From an uncultured Chitinophagales bacterium (GTDB lineage: Bacteria > Bacteroidota > Rhodothermia > Balneolales > CAYWCV01): a stretch of 64,000 nt of DNA. This document shows, piece by piece, positions 63,349-64,000 of this stretch (position 1 is the stretch's first letter; every line of letters starts with the position of its first letter). The DNA lies in contig CAZVRJ010000001.1 of NCBI GenBank assembly GCA_964629885.1, positions 19,638 through 83,637 of the forward strand. Direction: 5' to 3'. The translations under genes were made by a program, and so were the position numbers. Under the pieces are notes generated by a model. The model made no database searches and was not told where the DNA came from. It saw nothing but the letters and a program-made list of their open reading frames with translations.

Positions 63349-63656
63349 GCCTGTTCCTCTTCAGTAGGGTTGTCCCACAGTTCGGGGGTTTTCATGCGTG
63401 TGAGGCGATCCCAATACTTATCGAGTTCCTTTCGAACTGCGGGTTTCACAAACTGATCGTCAAAATCGTTCTGATTGAACAAGGCACAAATACTGGCAAT
63501 TTGCGTCTCTGGGGGAAGCATTTTATTGAGCATGATGAGCCTCTCGCCTTCGAGCAAACAGTTTCCGTTGCGGAAATTTCCTCGCTCCCGCCGTATACGG
63601 TACCCCTTTGCAATAAGGAGATCCTCCAACTCTAAAAGTAGTTTATCCGCTTTCAT
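63345..63656 (-). CDS. Hypothetical small protein
   Basis: 103 aa. It overlaps the downstream MBL gene by 4 nt and abuts the upstream gene. I recognise no motif. Confidence 0.4.
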   Translation of the reverse strand: MKADKLLLELEDLLIAKGYRIRRERGNFRNGNCLLEGERLIMLNKMLPPETQIASICALFNQNDFDDQFVKPAVRKELDKYWDRLTRMKTPELWDNPTEEEQA

Positions 63657-64000
63657 TAAAAACGTATGCCAACAAAGAAACTGTGTCCACTCAGCCTGTA
63701 ATCAAACTGGTCGCCTCCAATATAATACTCTTGAAAACTATAATCGTAGCCAAAGCTTAACCCCAGCGATTTGGTGAGGTTATTAGCGATGTAACGTGCT
63801 TTGCCCTCGAGCAAAAACGTCTGGCCGCCATCTGCACCAAATGATCGCACCGCATAACCGTAGTTGCCGTTGGCCGAAAGGTCGATGAACGACTTGCCGC
63901 TCGTACGAAAGATGGTGCCAAATCCAGAACCCACCATCACCGAGCTTTGTTGAAATTCGTCGTTAGTGGTGCCGGTACGTGTGTTCCGAGCTGTTCGCCA
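63656..64000 (-). CDS. Outer-membrane beta-barrel protein, C-terminal fragment (gene continues beyond the window)
   Basis: The frame stays open from 63940 to the window edge; I checked codon by codon and found no stop. The C-terminus …HSFFVGIRF and the G/Y/F-rich alternating pattern are OMP-like. Confidence 0.4.
   Translation of the reverse strand, partial: WRTARNTRTGTTNDEFQQSSVMVGSGFGTIFRTSGKSFIDLSANGNYGYAVRSFGADGGQTFLLEGKARYIANNLTKSLGLSFGYDYSFQEYYIGGDQFDYRLSGHSFFVGIRF

Overview
This 64-kb window is a gene-dense, mostly housekeeping stretch of chromosome. It looks like an FCB-superphylum bacterium (Bacteroidota, Ignavibacteriota or Chlorobiota-like). The lineage clues are a T9SS C-terminal sorting domain, a PorV/PorQ-like barrel, the short GlgA-like plus DUF4270 gene pair, an HU-SPOR protein and TAnnTTTG-type promoter boxes. 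All calls come from reading the ORF translations and the DNA by eye; no searches were run.

I call about 60 protein-coding genes. I found no rRNA, tRNA, CRISPR array, transposase or integrase.

Recognisable content:
- Information processing: argS, dnaN, miaA, rho, ftsK, ruvC, ruvA, a CCA-adding-type enzyme, and the ffh-rpsP-rimM-trmD-rplS block.
- Purine synthesis: purS and purQ, with a clpS-like gene wedged between them.
- Envelope: lptB, a LolC/E-type permease, a LolA-like protein, exbB-exbD-tonB, and several beta-barrel proteins.
- Glycogen: glgB, malQ, glgP and a truncated GlgA-like gene.
- Other: ispE, gcvT, fabI, mrp, a two-component pair, and unlinked comA and comB homologues.
- Every gene from 52233 down to 30827 is on the minus strand.

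The only clearly accessory-looking part is 36.0-45.8 kb. A membrane-anchored class III nucleotidyl cyclase is junction-coupled to three exported proteins I cannot place in any family. These run with an 8-nt gap into a 1,756-aa T9SS cargo built from a 7-blade propeller, ten FN3-like modules and a sorting domain. This is my best candidate for an undescribed system.

Other items worth a second look:
- A perfect 25-bp inverted repeat followed by a (GTCCAAT)x4 tract, between ffh and fabI.
- A palindromic array of 9-bp units, between a three-barrel outer-membrane protein and a MurF-like ligase.
- That MurF-like ligase has a polytopic membrane domain in place of the usual N-terminal domain.
- A GlgA-like half-enzyme with a degenerate KTGGL motif, linked to three envelope genes.
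- A GCTCTT hexamer microsatellite reused at three sites.
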